Below are positions 20,359 to 28,772 of a stretch of 64,000 nucleotides of DNA, in pieces. Location of the stretch: positions 128,620 to 192,619 of the forward strand of contig CAVIJE010000001.1 in assembly GCA_963643355.1 (NCBI GenBank), written 5' to 3'. The stretch comes from Sodaliphilus sp. GTDB lineage: Bacteria; Bacillota_I; Bacilli_A; RFN20; CAG-826. The notes under the pieces are model-generated. The model did no database searches. It was not told where the DNA came from and saw only the letters and a program-made list of their open reading frames with translations. Numbering within the stretch: the first letter of the stretch is position 1; each line of letters begins with the position of its first letter. The translations under genes and the position numbers were made by a program.

Positions 20359-20588
20359 TTAACTTTCATTTTTAAAAGATAACGGTCTTCTTTACGCTCA
20401 TAGGCGATAATATAAGGAGAATTGGTCTTATCTAGATATTCCCTTATTTCATTGATATATCGTTTGAATCTTAAATCATTTATCAAGAGCTCATCTAAAA
20501 TGTCACGTTTGTAGATGACTCTTTTTTCTTTAAGTTTGCTATATATGTATAATAAGCAGAACGTTTTAGAGAAGCCTTTTCTTTTCAT
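20355..20588 (-). CDS. small hypothetical protein, possible winged-helix DNA-binding
   Basis: 77-aa ORF convergent with, and overlapping by 4 nt, the RDD gene. The wHTH resemblance (ILDELLINDLRFKRYINEIREYL) is weak. It shares its upstream region divergently with the 20843 lipoprotein gene. Confidence 0.5.
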   Translation of the reverse strand: MKRKGFSKTFCLLYIYSKLKEKRVIYKRDILDELLINDLRFKRYINEIREYLDKTNSPYIIAYERKEDRYLLKMKVN

Positions 20589-20842
20589 GACAGTTTGATT
20601 TTATATTTTCTTTTGAGAAAAGAGAAATCATATTATTTTGATTATTTGAAATTTGTAAGATGATTTTTACAAATTAAGTCTTTAGAAGGCGTTCTTGAAC
20701 TATTATAATATTCTTCCGGAAGGACACCTTCCAAGACATAAATAACGACACCCCCGTTCCTAGAGAATGAAAAATTAAAACGTTTTCTTTATTTTTCTTG
20801 ACCGTCGGTGTTTTTTCTTTTGTTGAATAGAAAGGTGAATTA

Positions 20843-22996
20843 ATGAAAACAAAAAAACTTTGCCTATTAGCATTAGGCAGCATCCTCATGCTTGCTAGCT
20901 GTGGAGAAAACAATTCAAGCGTTAGCAGCAACGAGGAAACCTCTTCAACCAGTCAAACGACTTCAGAAACTTCCTCGAGTGAATCCTCAAGTGAATCATC
21001 CTCTGAAAGTCAATCCTCGTCCTCTAAAAGCGAATCTATCCCAGGCGACTTTGATTGCATCAGCGTTGCAGAAGCCTTAGAAATCGCTAAGCAACACGAA
21101 GGGACAGCAACAACAGAACGTTACTACATCTACGGAAAAATCACCGAAATCGAAAACTATACCTACGGTTCGATGACAATTCAAGACGATACCGGATCCA
21201 TTTATGCTTATGGAACTTATGGCGCGGATGGAGTTGATCGCTATAATGCCCTAGAAAACAAACCACAAGTTGGTGACGAAGTAATTCTTTATTCAACTCT
21301 TTGCACCTATAACGGAACGCAAGAAATCAAATCTGGCTGGATCGTTTGGCAAAAAACAGCCGAAAAAGAATTCGATGACAAGGATTACGCCTCAAAAACA
21401 ATTGCCGAAGCAAGAGAAATGGAAACTGGTTCCCTAGTAAAGGTCAGCGGAGTGGTTGCTAGAATCACCTATGCCAATGGACAGGTTCCATCAGGTTTCT
21501 ATGTCATTGATAACACATCATCCATTTATATTCATTCTTCTTCAGCCGCTTCAAACATTAAAGAAGGAAACAAAATCACCGTTTGCGGAGCAGTTGACTT
21601 CTGGATTCTTGATTCCGAAAAAACAAGCGCAAGCAAGATTGGCTACAAAGGATCTTGCCAACTTAGCGATGTAACAATAACTGAAAACGACAATTTAACC
21701 ACAAATGTTTTTGATAAGAGTTGGATTGAAGAAACAACAATTAAAAACATCATGGAGACTTCCGCGACAGAGAATATCACCAACAAAATCTATAAGGTTA
21801 ATTCTTATGTCAAAAAAGTCGCAGCAACCGGCTTCACTAATTATTATTTCGATGATATTGATGGAGTTACTGGCTCATACGCTTACACCCAATGTAACGG
21901 CAAAGATTTTTCTTGGCTTGATGAATTCGACGGGAAAATCTGTACCGTCTATCTAACCGCCATTAACGCTAAGAGCTCCTCATCAGGCGCTATTTGGCGT
22001 TTCATGCCAATTGAAGTAATTGATGAAAACTACACCTTCGATACAGCAAAGACAAATGAATTCGTTTGGGAATACCACGTTAAGGATTTATTCCGTGAAT
22101 CCTACACGGGCGACCCAGTGATGGAAGTCCCAACAAGCATTTCTTCAGAAATCTTAGACTTTGAAAATGCAACCATCACTTATTCTTCAAACAATACCGA
22201 TATAGCATATTTTGTTGAAGAAGAAGGAAAAACTATCTTCCATACTGGCGATACCGAAGGAGTGGCAACCATTACAATTAACATTGACTATGGTACAAAC
22301 CCAACATTAACGAAAACTTTAAATATTGGTAACGTTAGATCTTCATACGAAGATGCCTTAACCGTTAAAGAAGCAATTGACGCAGAATCTGATGAAGAAG
22401 TAATTGTCAAAGGGATTGCAGGTCCATCCTTAGTTAACAAAACAGGTTTCTATTTAATTGATGAGACTGGCGTTATCGCAATTACAACCACAACCGAAGA
22501 AATGGAACAAGTTTCTTTAGGGAACGAAGTTGTCTTCAAAGGAACAAGAACGAGAGGCTATGGCGTAAAAGAAGGTTCTACTTGCGCCGGCCAATCTTGC
22601 TTAACTAATTCCACTTTGGTCTCAAATCTCTATGGAAAACATGAATATTCTAGAGACACCTTCATAACCGACAAGACTCTCTCGGATTTATATAAATTAG
22701 ATGCTGCAGTTGATTACTCGACAAACGTATATACCGTGAAGGCTAAAGTTAATAAAACCGAAACGAGTTACTACTCTTCAATTAGTTTGTATGCCGATGG
22801 CGTTGATAAATATACCATTTATTGTTCAAGTGCAAGTCAATACAACTGGTTATCAAATGCTTTTGAAGCGGATACAGAATTAACTCTTGATATTGCTCCA
22901 GTTAACTGGAATAACAAAAAATTCTGGGCTGGCTGTGTTTTATCGGCAACAGATGGCACAACAAGAATTGATAACACTTTGAATTACAACAACTAA
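20843..22996 (+). CDS. surface lipoprotein with repeated OB-fold-like modules and a Big_2-like Ig domain
   Basis: 717 aa with lipobox LASC and a Ser/Glu-rich linker. OB-like modules include ERYYIYGKITEIENYTYGSMTIQDDTGSIYAYG, SLVKVSGVVARITYANG..FYVIDNTSSIYI and EVIVKGIAGPSLVNKTGFYLIDETGVIAI. The Ig-like segment is ITYSSNNTDIAYF..GVATITINI. Confidence 0.8.
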   Translation: MKTKKLCLLALGSILMLASCGENNSSVSSNEETSSTSQTTSETSSSESSSESSSESQSSSSKSESIPGDFDCISVAEALEIAKQHEGTATTERYYIYGKITEIENYTYGSMTIQDDTGSIYAYGTYGADGVDRYNALENKPQVGDEVILYSTLCTYNGTQEIKSGWIVWQKTAEKEFDDKDYASKTIAEAREMETGSLVKVSGVVARITYANGQVPSGFYVIDNTSSIYIHSSSAASNIKEGNKITVCGAVDFWILDSEKTSASKIGYKGSCQLSDVTITENDNLTTNVFDKSWIEETTIKNIMETSATENITNKIYKVNSYVKKVAATGFTNYYFDDIDGVTGSYAYTQCNGKDFSWLDEFDGKICTVYLTAINAKSSSSGAIWRFMPIEVIDENYTFDTAKTNEFVWEYHVKDLFRESYTGDPVMEVPTSISSEILDFENATITYSSNNTDIAYFVEEEGKTIFHTGDTEGVATITINIDYGTNPTLTKTLNIGNVRSSYEDALTVKEAIDAESDEEVIVKGIAGPSLVNKTGFYLIDETGVIAITTTTEEMEQVSLGNEVVFKGTRTRGYGVKEGSTCAGQSCLTNSTLVSNLYGKHEYSRDTFITDKTLSDLYKLDAAVDYSTNVYTVKAKVNKTETSYYSSISLYADGVDKYTIYCSSASQYNWLSNAFEADTELTLDIAPVNWNNKKFWAGCVLSATDGTTRIDNTLNYNN

Positions 22997-23010
22997 CAAG
23001 CGTAAGACTT

Positions 23011-23037
23011 ACGGGGCTAGCGATAGCTCCGTTTTTC
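23011..23037 (+). terminator. rho-independent terminator
   Basis: ACGGGGCTA-GCGA-TAGCTCCGT (one G:T pair) followed by TTTTT. Confidence 0.7.
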
Positions 23038-23039
23038 TT

Positions 23040-23067
23040 TTGAGTATTTTGAGTTTTTATTTATAAT
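23040..23067 (+). promoter_or_regulatory. putative promoter giving a leaderless mRNA for the 23075 gene
   Basis: TTGAGT, 16 nt, TATAAT (23062-23067). The ATG lies 7 nt after the -10 box and there is no SD. Confidence 0.5.
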
Positions 23068-23074
23068 AAGTTCC

Positions 23075-24271
23075 ATGCCAAAAGATTATGTCACAAAAGT
23101 AGAAAATAACGTTGATGGTAATGGCGTATTAATCGTAAGAGGAACGCCCTTAAGAAGAATCCTTGCTGAATTAGCGGACGTCTTAACTGCTTTCATTTTG
23201 GCAATAACGATATACGGAATAGGCTTTCAAAGACTCTTTGGATACGATCACTACACCAGTGAGATGAGCAAAATTTCATCTTCAATGACTACGGTAATGG
23301 TCGAGAGAAACCTTTATAAAAAAAGCAATGACGGAACGATTCTTTTAAAGACCGATTTGTCTTCGTATTGGTCATATTATTATCTTTCTAAAAGCGATGA
23401 ATCATATCAAAAAAGAGAAAAATATGAGCCAATAAAAGACTATTACACATTAACTAGAATTGATGGAACGTCAAAACTAAGCCAATATCAATACAACACG
23501 GAGATTCTTAAATTACCATCAAGTATTGATGGGAACTATGATGATACGATTTTCGCTTACGACTCTAATAATGAAGATCCATTAAATTCCGAACCGATAT
23601 TCAAAGAAACAATTCAAACAAATTTGAATAAGTATTATCTAGGCAACACCGATGCTTATGAACCTAAAAACGCCTACGATACAGTTTCGACTTTCTTTTC
23701 TAAAATATACGATCAAGCCTTTTCTGAAGCGGTTAAGGATCAAACATATATGAATTTAGTCTTAGAATTTGCTTCTAAAATGTGGTCACGTTCTTATCTT
23801 CAATCAGCAGCAATAATTTCTTCTTATCTTATTGGATCAATAATTACTTTCTTGCTTATTCCTTTGATCCAACTAAGCGGTTTGACTTTAGGGAAAAGGG
23901 TTGCAAAACTACAAGTAAATGATCAAAAAGGGAACGAACCACGTTGGTATTCTTTCTTGATTAGAGGATTAGTTCAAACGATTGCGTATTGTTTGATGAT
24001 TCCCTTTATTGGCGTGATGTCATATGGCTTTGGGGCTTTTGAGATGCCTTTCCTTGAAATAGGCTCGTTCAATCTGAATTTATCTTTCTTTGGAATAATT
24101 GGCTTACTATTAAGCACATTGTCATTGATTATGATGTTCGTTACCCCGGAGAAGCAATCCTTACACGATTTGGCATCGTTAACCTACGTTAATACATCGG
24201 ATATTAAAACCATCCGTGACGCAGCAACAAAATTAGAGAAAAAAGAAAATGGAAGAGAAGAAAGAAATTAA
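23075..24271 (+). CDS. RDD-family membrane protein with a large extracytoplasmic insert
   Basis: 398 aa with RRILAELADVLTAFILAI at the N-terminus, a long loop, then LTLGKRVAKLQVNDQKG and QSLHDLASLTYV. Confidence 0.8.
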   Translation: MPKDYVTKVENNVDGNGVLIVRGTPLRRILAELADVLTAFILAITIYGIGFQRLFGYDHYTSEMSKISSSMTTVMVERNLYKKSNDGTILLKTDLSSYWSYYYLSKSDESYQKREKYEPIKDYYTLTRIDGTSKLSQYQYNTEILKLPSSIDGNYDDTIFAYDSNNEDPLNSEPIFKETIQTNLNKYYLGNTDAYEPKNAYDTVSTFFSKIYDQAFSEAVKDQTYMNLVLEFASKMWSRSYLQSAAIISSYLIGSIITFLLIPLIQLSGLTLGKRVAKLQVNDQKGNEPRWYSFLIRGLVQTIAYCLMIPFIGVMSYGFGAFEMPFLEIGSFNLNLSFFGIIGLLLSTLSLIMMFVTPEKQSLHDLASLTYVNTSDIKTIRDAATKLEKKENGREERN

Positions 24272-25307
24272 AACGTTAGAGTATTATAAGGCTCCTTTTG
24301 GAAAAAGAATGGTTTCGATAATAATCGAGATTCTTTTGCTTGCTTTTGGCACGTTCGCCTTTCTTTTCTCCTCGCGGTTAATCGTGGAAAAGATGCCCTT
24401 ATATACCGATTCATTCGATACATATATTAGAATTTCCAAAGATTCAGGGTTATACATTTGTAATAAAGAAACGGAAAACAATCTTGTTACTTTAACTGAA
24501 TATTACGGCAGCAAATCGTATGAAATTCAAAATACGAATATTGAGAACGCGTTAACCGCTTTTTACTCCTTAGAAGAGTTTTTCTCTCAAGACCCAAGTA
24601 ACGACTCTTATGGGCCAAACATCTATTACAAGCAGAAAATAGGCGACACACGTATAGGAAATTCGGATGGGATAAGTTATTTCTTATTAGATGCTAACGG
24701 CAATCCGCAAAAAAATCCATCATTAACCGAAGAAAAGATGAACACCTTTTATTTAACGGCCTATGATCGAGCTGTTTCCTATATTCAAAACAATGAAGAA
24801 TATCTTCAAGCTAGAAACATCTTGACCATATATATAAATTTAATTTTGATCCCTCTATCGATAACATTGTCTTTCTTAATTTTTGAGTTGCTGATTCCCT
24901 TAACGATTGGAAGAAGGGGCAAACAGACGTTAGGTATGAAATCGATGAAGCTTTCTTTATTGTCTTCTGAGGCTCTTTCTTGCAAGGCCAAACGTTATGT
25001 TGCTAGACAAATGATTCAGCTATTTTTGATAATTTTGCTTTCGCTTGTCTCTTTTGGGATTCCTCTAATCGTCTCTTTTTCCATGATGATATTCAGGAAA
25101 GACGGACAATCTCTCCATGATTACCTAGCTGGCACATACATGGTCGATTCTTCTGAACAGTCTGTGTATTTAACATATGACGAAATGGAAAGAATGCAGA
25201 AGAAAGCGAATAGCAGAGATTCAAACCCTCTTTTGCCGCCTAGAAAAGGGGATCCAAATCAGCCTTTAGGGGATAATTCGATTTGGCGTAATCTTAAGGA
25301 CAAATAA
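24249..25307 (+). CDS. RDD-family membrane protein with a large extracytoplasmic insert
   Basis: 352 aa, overlapping the previous gene by 23 nt. It has GKRMVSIIIEILLLAFG at the N-terminus, a loop, then GKQTLGMKSMKL and GQSLHDYLAGTYMV. Confidence 0.8.
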   Translation: MEEKKEIKTLEYYKAPFGKRMVSIIIEILLLAFGTFAFLFSSRLIVEKMPLYTDSFDTYIRISKDSGLYICNKETENNLVTLTEYYGSKSYEIQNTNIENALTAFYSLEEFFSQDPSNDSYGPNIYYKQKIGDTRIGNSDGISYFLLDANGNPQKNPSLTEEKMNTFYLTAYDRAVSYIQNNEEYLQARNILTIYINLILIPLSITLSFLIFELLIPLTIGRRGKQTLGMKSMKLSLLSSEALSCKAKRYVARQMIQLFLIILLSLVSFGIPLIVSFSMMIFRKDGQSLHDYLAGTYMVDSSEQSVYLTYDEMERMQKKANSRDSNPLLPPRKGDPNQPLGDNSIWRNLKDK

Positions 25308-25356
25308 AATGTTATCGCTTACATGCTAGTTAATTTCTCTATTGAAAATAGTAGAC

Positions 25357-25385
25357 TTGAATTAGAAACTAGTTTCTCTTAAAAT
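25357..25385 (+). promoter_or_regulatory. putative promoter of the ABC operon with an operator-like palindrome in the spacer
   Basis: TTGAAT (25357-25362), 17 nt, TAAAAT (25380-25385). The spacer holds the perfect 14-bp palindrome AGAAACTAGTTTCT (25364-25377). Confidence 0.55.
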
Positions 25386-25416
25386 TTAGAGGCAATATAA
25401 ATGATTGGAGACGCTC

Positions 25417-26574
25417 ATGGAGATCAGACTAAAAAATCTTACCAAATGCTTCCCAGGAAACCCGAAAAAAGGAATTCCTGATACTTATGCAGTGAATGCT
25501 TTAGACGTTACCATCCCTGATGGAAAATTAGTTGGCCTTTTAGGCCCTTCTGGATGTGGCAAATCAACAACTTTGTATATGGTTGCTGGCCTTTTGGAAC
25601 CAACAGAAGGCGAAATTTGGTTTGGGGATGAGGACGTAACTGATCTTGAGCCAGAAAAAAGAGGCATCGGTTTAGTTTTCCAAAACTATGCTCTTTATCC
25701 TCATATGACTGTCTATAAGAACGTGGCATTCCCTCTTACAAATCTCCGTATCGAAGAAAAGGTTCTTGATGAAAAAGGTGAACCAGTACTAGATGAAAAA
25801 GGAAAGCCTTACATCAAAAAGAGAAAACTTACCAAAGATGAAATCGATAAAGTTGTTCGTGAAACAGCTAAAATCGTTCAAATCGAAGAATATTTAGAAA
25901 GAAAACCTAATCAATTATCTGGTGGTCAGCAACAACGTGTTGCCATTGCTAGAGCCTTAGTTAAAAAACCAAAAGTTCTTTTACTTGATGAACCTCTTTC
26001 TAACTTGGATGCTCGTTTAAGACTTCAAACACGTGAAGAAATCAGAAGAATTCAACAATCTACTGGCATTACGACTATATTCGTTACCCACGACCAAGAA
26101 GAAGCGATGTCCATCTCTGATGAGATTGTTGTTATGAAACTTGGCGTTGAACAACAACGTGGCGTTCCACAAGATGTCTATAACAATCCATGCAATAAAT
26201 TCGTTGCTAACTTCTTAGGCACCCCGCCAATCAACCTTTTCAAGGGTCACATCAAAGACAATAAAGTTTATATTGGCGATGAAATGGTTCGTGAAATCAC
26301 GGAAAAAGAAGTGCCAGATCAAGATTGCACCGTTGGTATTCGCCCAGAAGGAATCGTTGTTGATCCTAAAGGAAATTTCACATTTGAATGCGAAAGAATC
26401 CTTACTATGGGACGCGATATTATGCTCGCTTCAAATCATTCAGAAGCTCTCTCCAACATCAAATTCGTTGTTGACGCTTTCGTTGAAGTTTCTACCGGAA
26501 CCGTTCACGCTTCTGTTAAACCTCATAAATGTTTTGCCTTCTCACTTGAAGGAAATGAGGAGAGGATTATCTAA
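25417..26574 (+). CDS. ABC transporter ATP-binding protein, MalK/MsmK/UgpC (CUT1) type
   Basis: The ORF track starts at TTG 25405. The ATG at 25417 has GGAG 7 nt upstream. Walker A GPSGCGKST, signature LSGGQQQRVAIARAL and Walker B LLLDEP are present, plus a C-terminal regulatory domain. An insert of about 22 aa (LDEKGEPVLDEKGKPYIKKRK) precedes the signature motif. Confidence 0.95.
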   Translation: MEIRLKNLTKCFPGNPKKGIPDTYAVNALDVTIPDGKLVGLLGPSGCGKSTTLYMVAGLLEPTEGEIWFGDEDVTDLEPEKRGIGLVFQNYALYPHMTVYKNVAFPLTNLRIEEKVLDEKGEPVLDEKGKPYIKKRKLTKDEIDKVVRETAKIVQIEEYLERKPNQLSGGQQQRVAIARALVKKPKVLLLDEPLSNLDARLRLQTREEIRRIQQSTGITTIFVTHDQEEAMSISDEIVVMKLGVEQQRGVPQDVYNNPCNKFVANFLGTPPINLFKGHIKDNKVYIGDEMVREITEKEVPDQDCTVGIRPEGIVVDPKGNFTFECERILTMGRDIMLASNHSEALSNIKFVVDAFVEVSTGTVHASVKPHKCFAFSLEGNEERII

Positions 26575-26576
26575 GG

Positions 26577-27662
26577 ATGGAAAATTCTGTTACTACCGCA
26601 AAAAAAGGAAATTTCTTCTCTAGATTATTTAAGAAGAAGGAAAGAGTTTCCGCCGATGCTGGCGAAAAGAATAACTGGAAAGCGTGGCTTTATCTCGCGC
26701 CTGTTATCATTCTTTTGGCCGTTTTCACCTTCTATCCTTTAATTAATACAATCGTTATCGCCTTTCTTAAGGATTATGACTACACGACTCAAACCAATTC
26801 AGGTTTCACGTTTGATAATTTCCTTACCGTTTTAACCTTAGCTGGCAAGGACGGCGCTCAAAATCTTGTCTATCGTTGGAATTGCTTCTACGATGAAACG
26901 TTAGGCGGATTGGCTTATATTAACGCTTCAGGTGCTGCTACTCGTGTTTATTTCCAAACCGATGTATTAACATACGCTTTGCCAAACACGATGTTTATTA
27001 CCTTTGTAACCGTTCCTGTTTCAATTCTCATCGCTTTACTGATATCCGTTTGTTTGAATTCAATTAAGGCTTTCAAAAAGGTTTTGCAGACTATTTTCTT
27101 TATTCCATATGTCACCAACGCTATTGCCGTAGGTATGGTCTTTGCTGTTTTATTCGATTCTCAAGGCATCTTGAACTTCATATTCGGACTTGGCAATCAT
27201 AAATGGATTGATGGCGGAGCTAGTTGGTCTTCGGGTATGCTTGCCTTATGCATTTATATCGTTTGGCATGCTCTTCCATATAAGATCCTTATCTTCTTAT
27301 CAGCTCTTCAAAATATTGATAAACAATACTACGATGCAGCCAAAATTGACTGCGCTGGTAAGTGGAAAACATTCTGGCACGTTACCGTTCCTATGCTTTC
27401 CCCACAAATTCTTTATATCATGATCACCTCATTTATTGGATCATTTAAAGAATATACCTCAGTCGTCGGCTTATTTGGCTCACCTTCGACAGATGGCGGT
27501 TCCACAAAGAATATGTATACGATTGTTTATTACATTTACGAATGCTTAAGCGCACCTACAACAGTATCTAGAGGCGCAGCCGCTGCCGTCTTACTCTTTA
27601 TTATCATCATGATATTTACCGCAATTCAGTTCCAAGTTTCTAAGAGGAGGGTTCATTATTAA
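26577..27662 (+). CDS. ABC transporter permease (MalF/UgpA-like)
   Basis: 361 aa, polytopic, with the usual CUT1 permease layout. It starts 2 nt after the ATPase stop. Confidence 0.9.
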   Translation: MENSVTTAKKGNFFSRLFKKKERVSADAGEKNNWKAWLYLAPVIILLAVFTFYPLINTIVIAFLKDYDYTTQTNSGFTFDNFLTVLTLAGKDGAQNLVYRWNCFYDETLGGLAYINASGAATRVYFQTDVLTYALPNTMFITFVTVPVSILIALLISVCLNSIKAFKKVLQTIFFIPYVTNAIAVGMVFAVLFDSQGILNFIFGLGNHKWIDGGASWSSGMLALCIYIVWHALPYKILIFLSALQNIDKQYYDAAKIDCAGKWKTFWHVTVPMLSPQILYIMITSFIGSFKEYTSVVGLFGSPSTDGGSTKNMYTIVYYIYECLSAPTTVSRGAAAAVLLFIIIMIFTAIQFQVSKRRVHY

Positions 27663-27663
27663 T

Positions 27664-28713
27664 ATGGCTTACGATTCAAGAAATTTCATCCAACGCCTTT
27701 TCAAAATGAAGTCTCGTGAAGAGAAACAAAAAGAAAGGGAAGCGCGTCCAGAATATCAAGCGATAAACACGTCAAAGATGACACTCGTCATCAAAGAAGG
27801 AAGAGTAGATGCCTCCCAACTTCAGAAAACACAAAAGATTGGACGCATTATTACTTCGATTATTACTTATGCTTTCTTGCTTTTCATGAGCGTGATTATT
27901 CTCTTCCCATTCTATTGGATGATTATCACTTCTTTAAAGAGCACGACGGAAATTCGCGCTTCAACGCAAACTTTCTTCCCTGCAACCGTTCTTTGGACTA
28001 ACTACATCACAGTTTTCAATACATTTGATTTCGTAACTTATGTTGGCAACACCCTTGTCGTTGGCATTATTTCGACGATTGGTACGTTAATAACGACTAT
28101 TCTTGCCGCTTTTGCCTTTGCCCGTCTAAATTTCAAAGGAAAAGATCTTATCTTTGCTGTTCTTCTTGCGACAATGATGATTCCAGGCGAAATGATGGTC
28201 ATTACTAACTACATCACGGTCGCTAAGTTACCTTGGTATGAATTTGGCGTTGGACAAGTCACAGGATGGCTTACATACAAAGATTCCGTCTTTGCCTCCA
28301 TGATCATCCCATTCTGGGTATCTGTCTTCTATATCTACTTATTAAGACAAAATTTCAAGCAAATCCCTAACGAACTATATTTAGCTGCAAAAGTCGATGG
28401 CAAGTCAGATTGGCAGTTCCTCTGGCATGTCATGGTCCCTCTTGCTATGCCAACCTTAATCTCAATCTTCATTCTTAAGTTGATGGGCACATGGAACTCA
28501 TATGTTTGGCCTCAACTCGTTACAGCGGGAAATGAATCCTGGAGACTTGTCACAAACGGTCTTCGTTCTTCCTTCTCGACAACTTCCGGAGAGCCACAAT
28601 ACGGTATCCAAATGGCTGCTACAATCCTTGTAACAGTTCCGTTACTCTTATTGTTTATTTTCTTCCGCAAGTATATTATGAAAGGCGTTGGCCGCGCCGG
28701 TATTAAAGGCTAG
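27664..28713 (+). CDS. ABC transporter permease (MalG/UgpE-like)
   Basis: 349 aa, polytopic, containing an AAKVDGKSDWQFLWHVMVPLAMP EAA-loop-like segment. Tightly coupled to the previous gene. Confidence 0.9.
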   Translation: MAYDSRNFIQRLFKMKSREEKQKEREARPEYQAINTSKMTLVIKEGRVDASQLQKTQKIGRIITSIITYAFLLFMSVIILFPFYWMIITSLKSTTEIRASTQTFFPATVLWTNYITVFNTFDFVTYVGNTLVVGIISTIGTLITTILAAFAFARLNFKGKDLIFAVLLATMMIPGEMMVITNYITVAKLPWYEFGVGQVTGWLTYKDSVFASMIIPFWVSVFYIYLLRQNFKQIPNELYLAAKVDGKSDWQFLWHVMVPLAMPTLISIFILKLMGTWNSYVWPQLVTAGNESWRLVTNGLRSSFSTTSGEPQYGIQMAATILVTVPLLLLFIFFRKYIMKGVGRAGIKG

Positions 28714-28772
28714 GCTTAAAATTGGTTACAATTCTTTATGAATGTAATATAGAAAAGAAAATGGAGAGAAAA

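Noticed and set aside
20935-21045. Ser/Glu-rich tandem-like repeats (TCCTCRAGTGAA units encoding SSESSSESSSES) in the 20843 lipoprotein, with similar Ser/Thr linkers after other lipoboxes, considered as possible contingency loci.
   Set aside because: The repeat units are short and imperfect, and every unit is a multiple of 3 nt, so slippage would only change linker length. They look like ordinary flexible lipoprotein tethers.
25405-25416. Upstream TTG/GTG/ATG starts given by the ORF track: 25405, 28722, 48136, 62832, 18302, 40212, 40773, 50743 and 11503 on the minus strand.
   Set aside because: In each case an internal ATG has a properly spaced SD or -10 box and yields a normal N-terminus (lipoprotein signal peptide or conserved start). 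The extended N-termini add non-signal residues.
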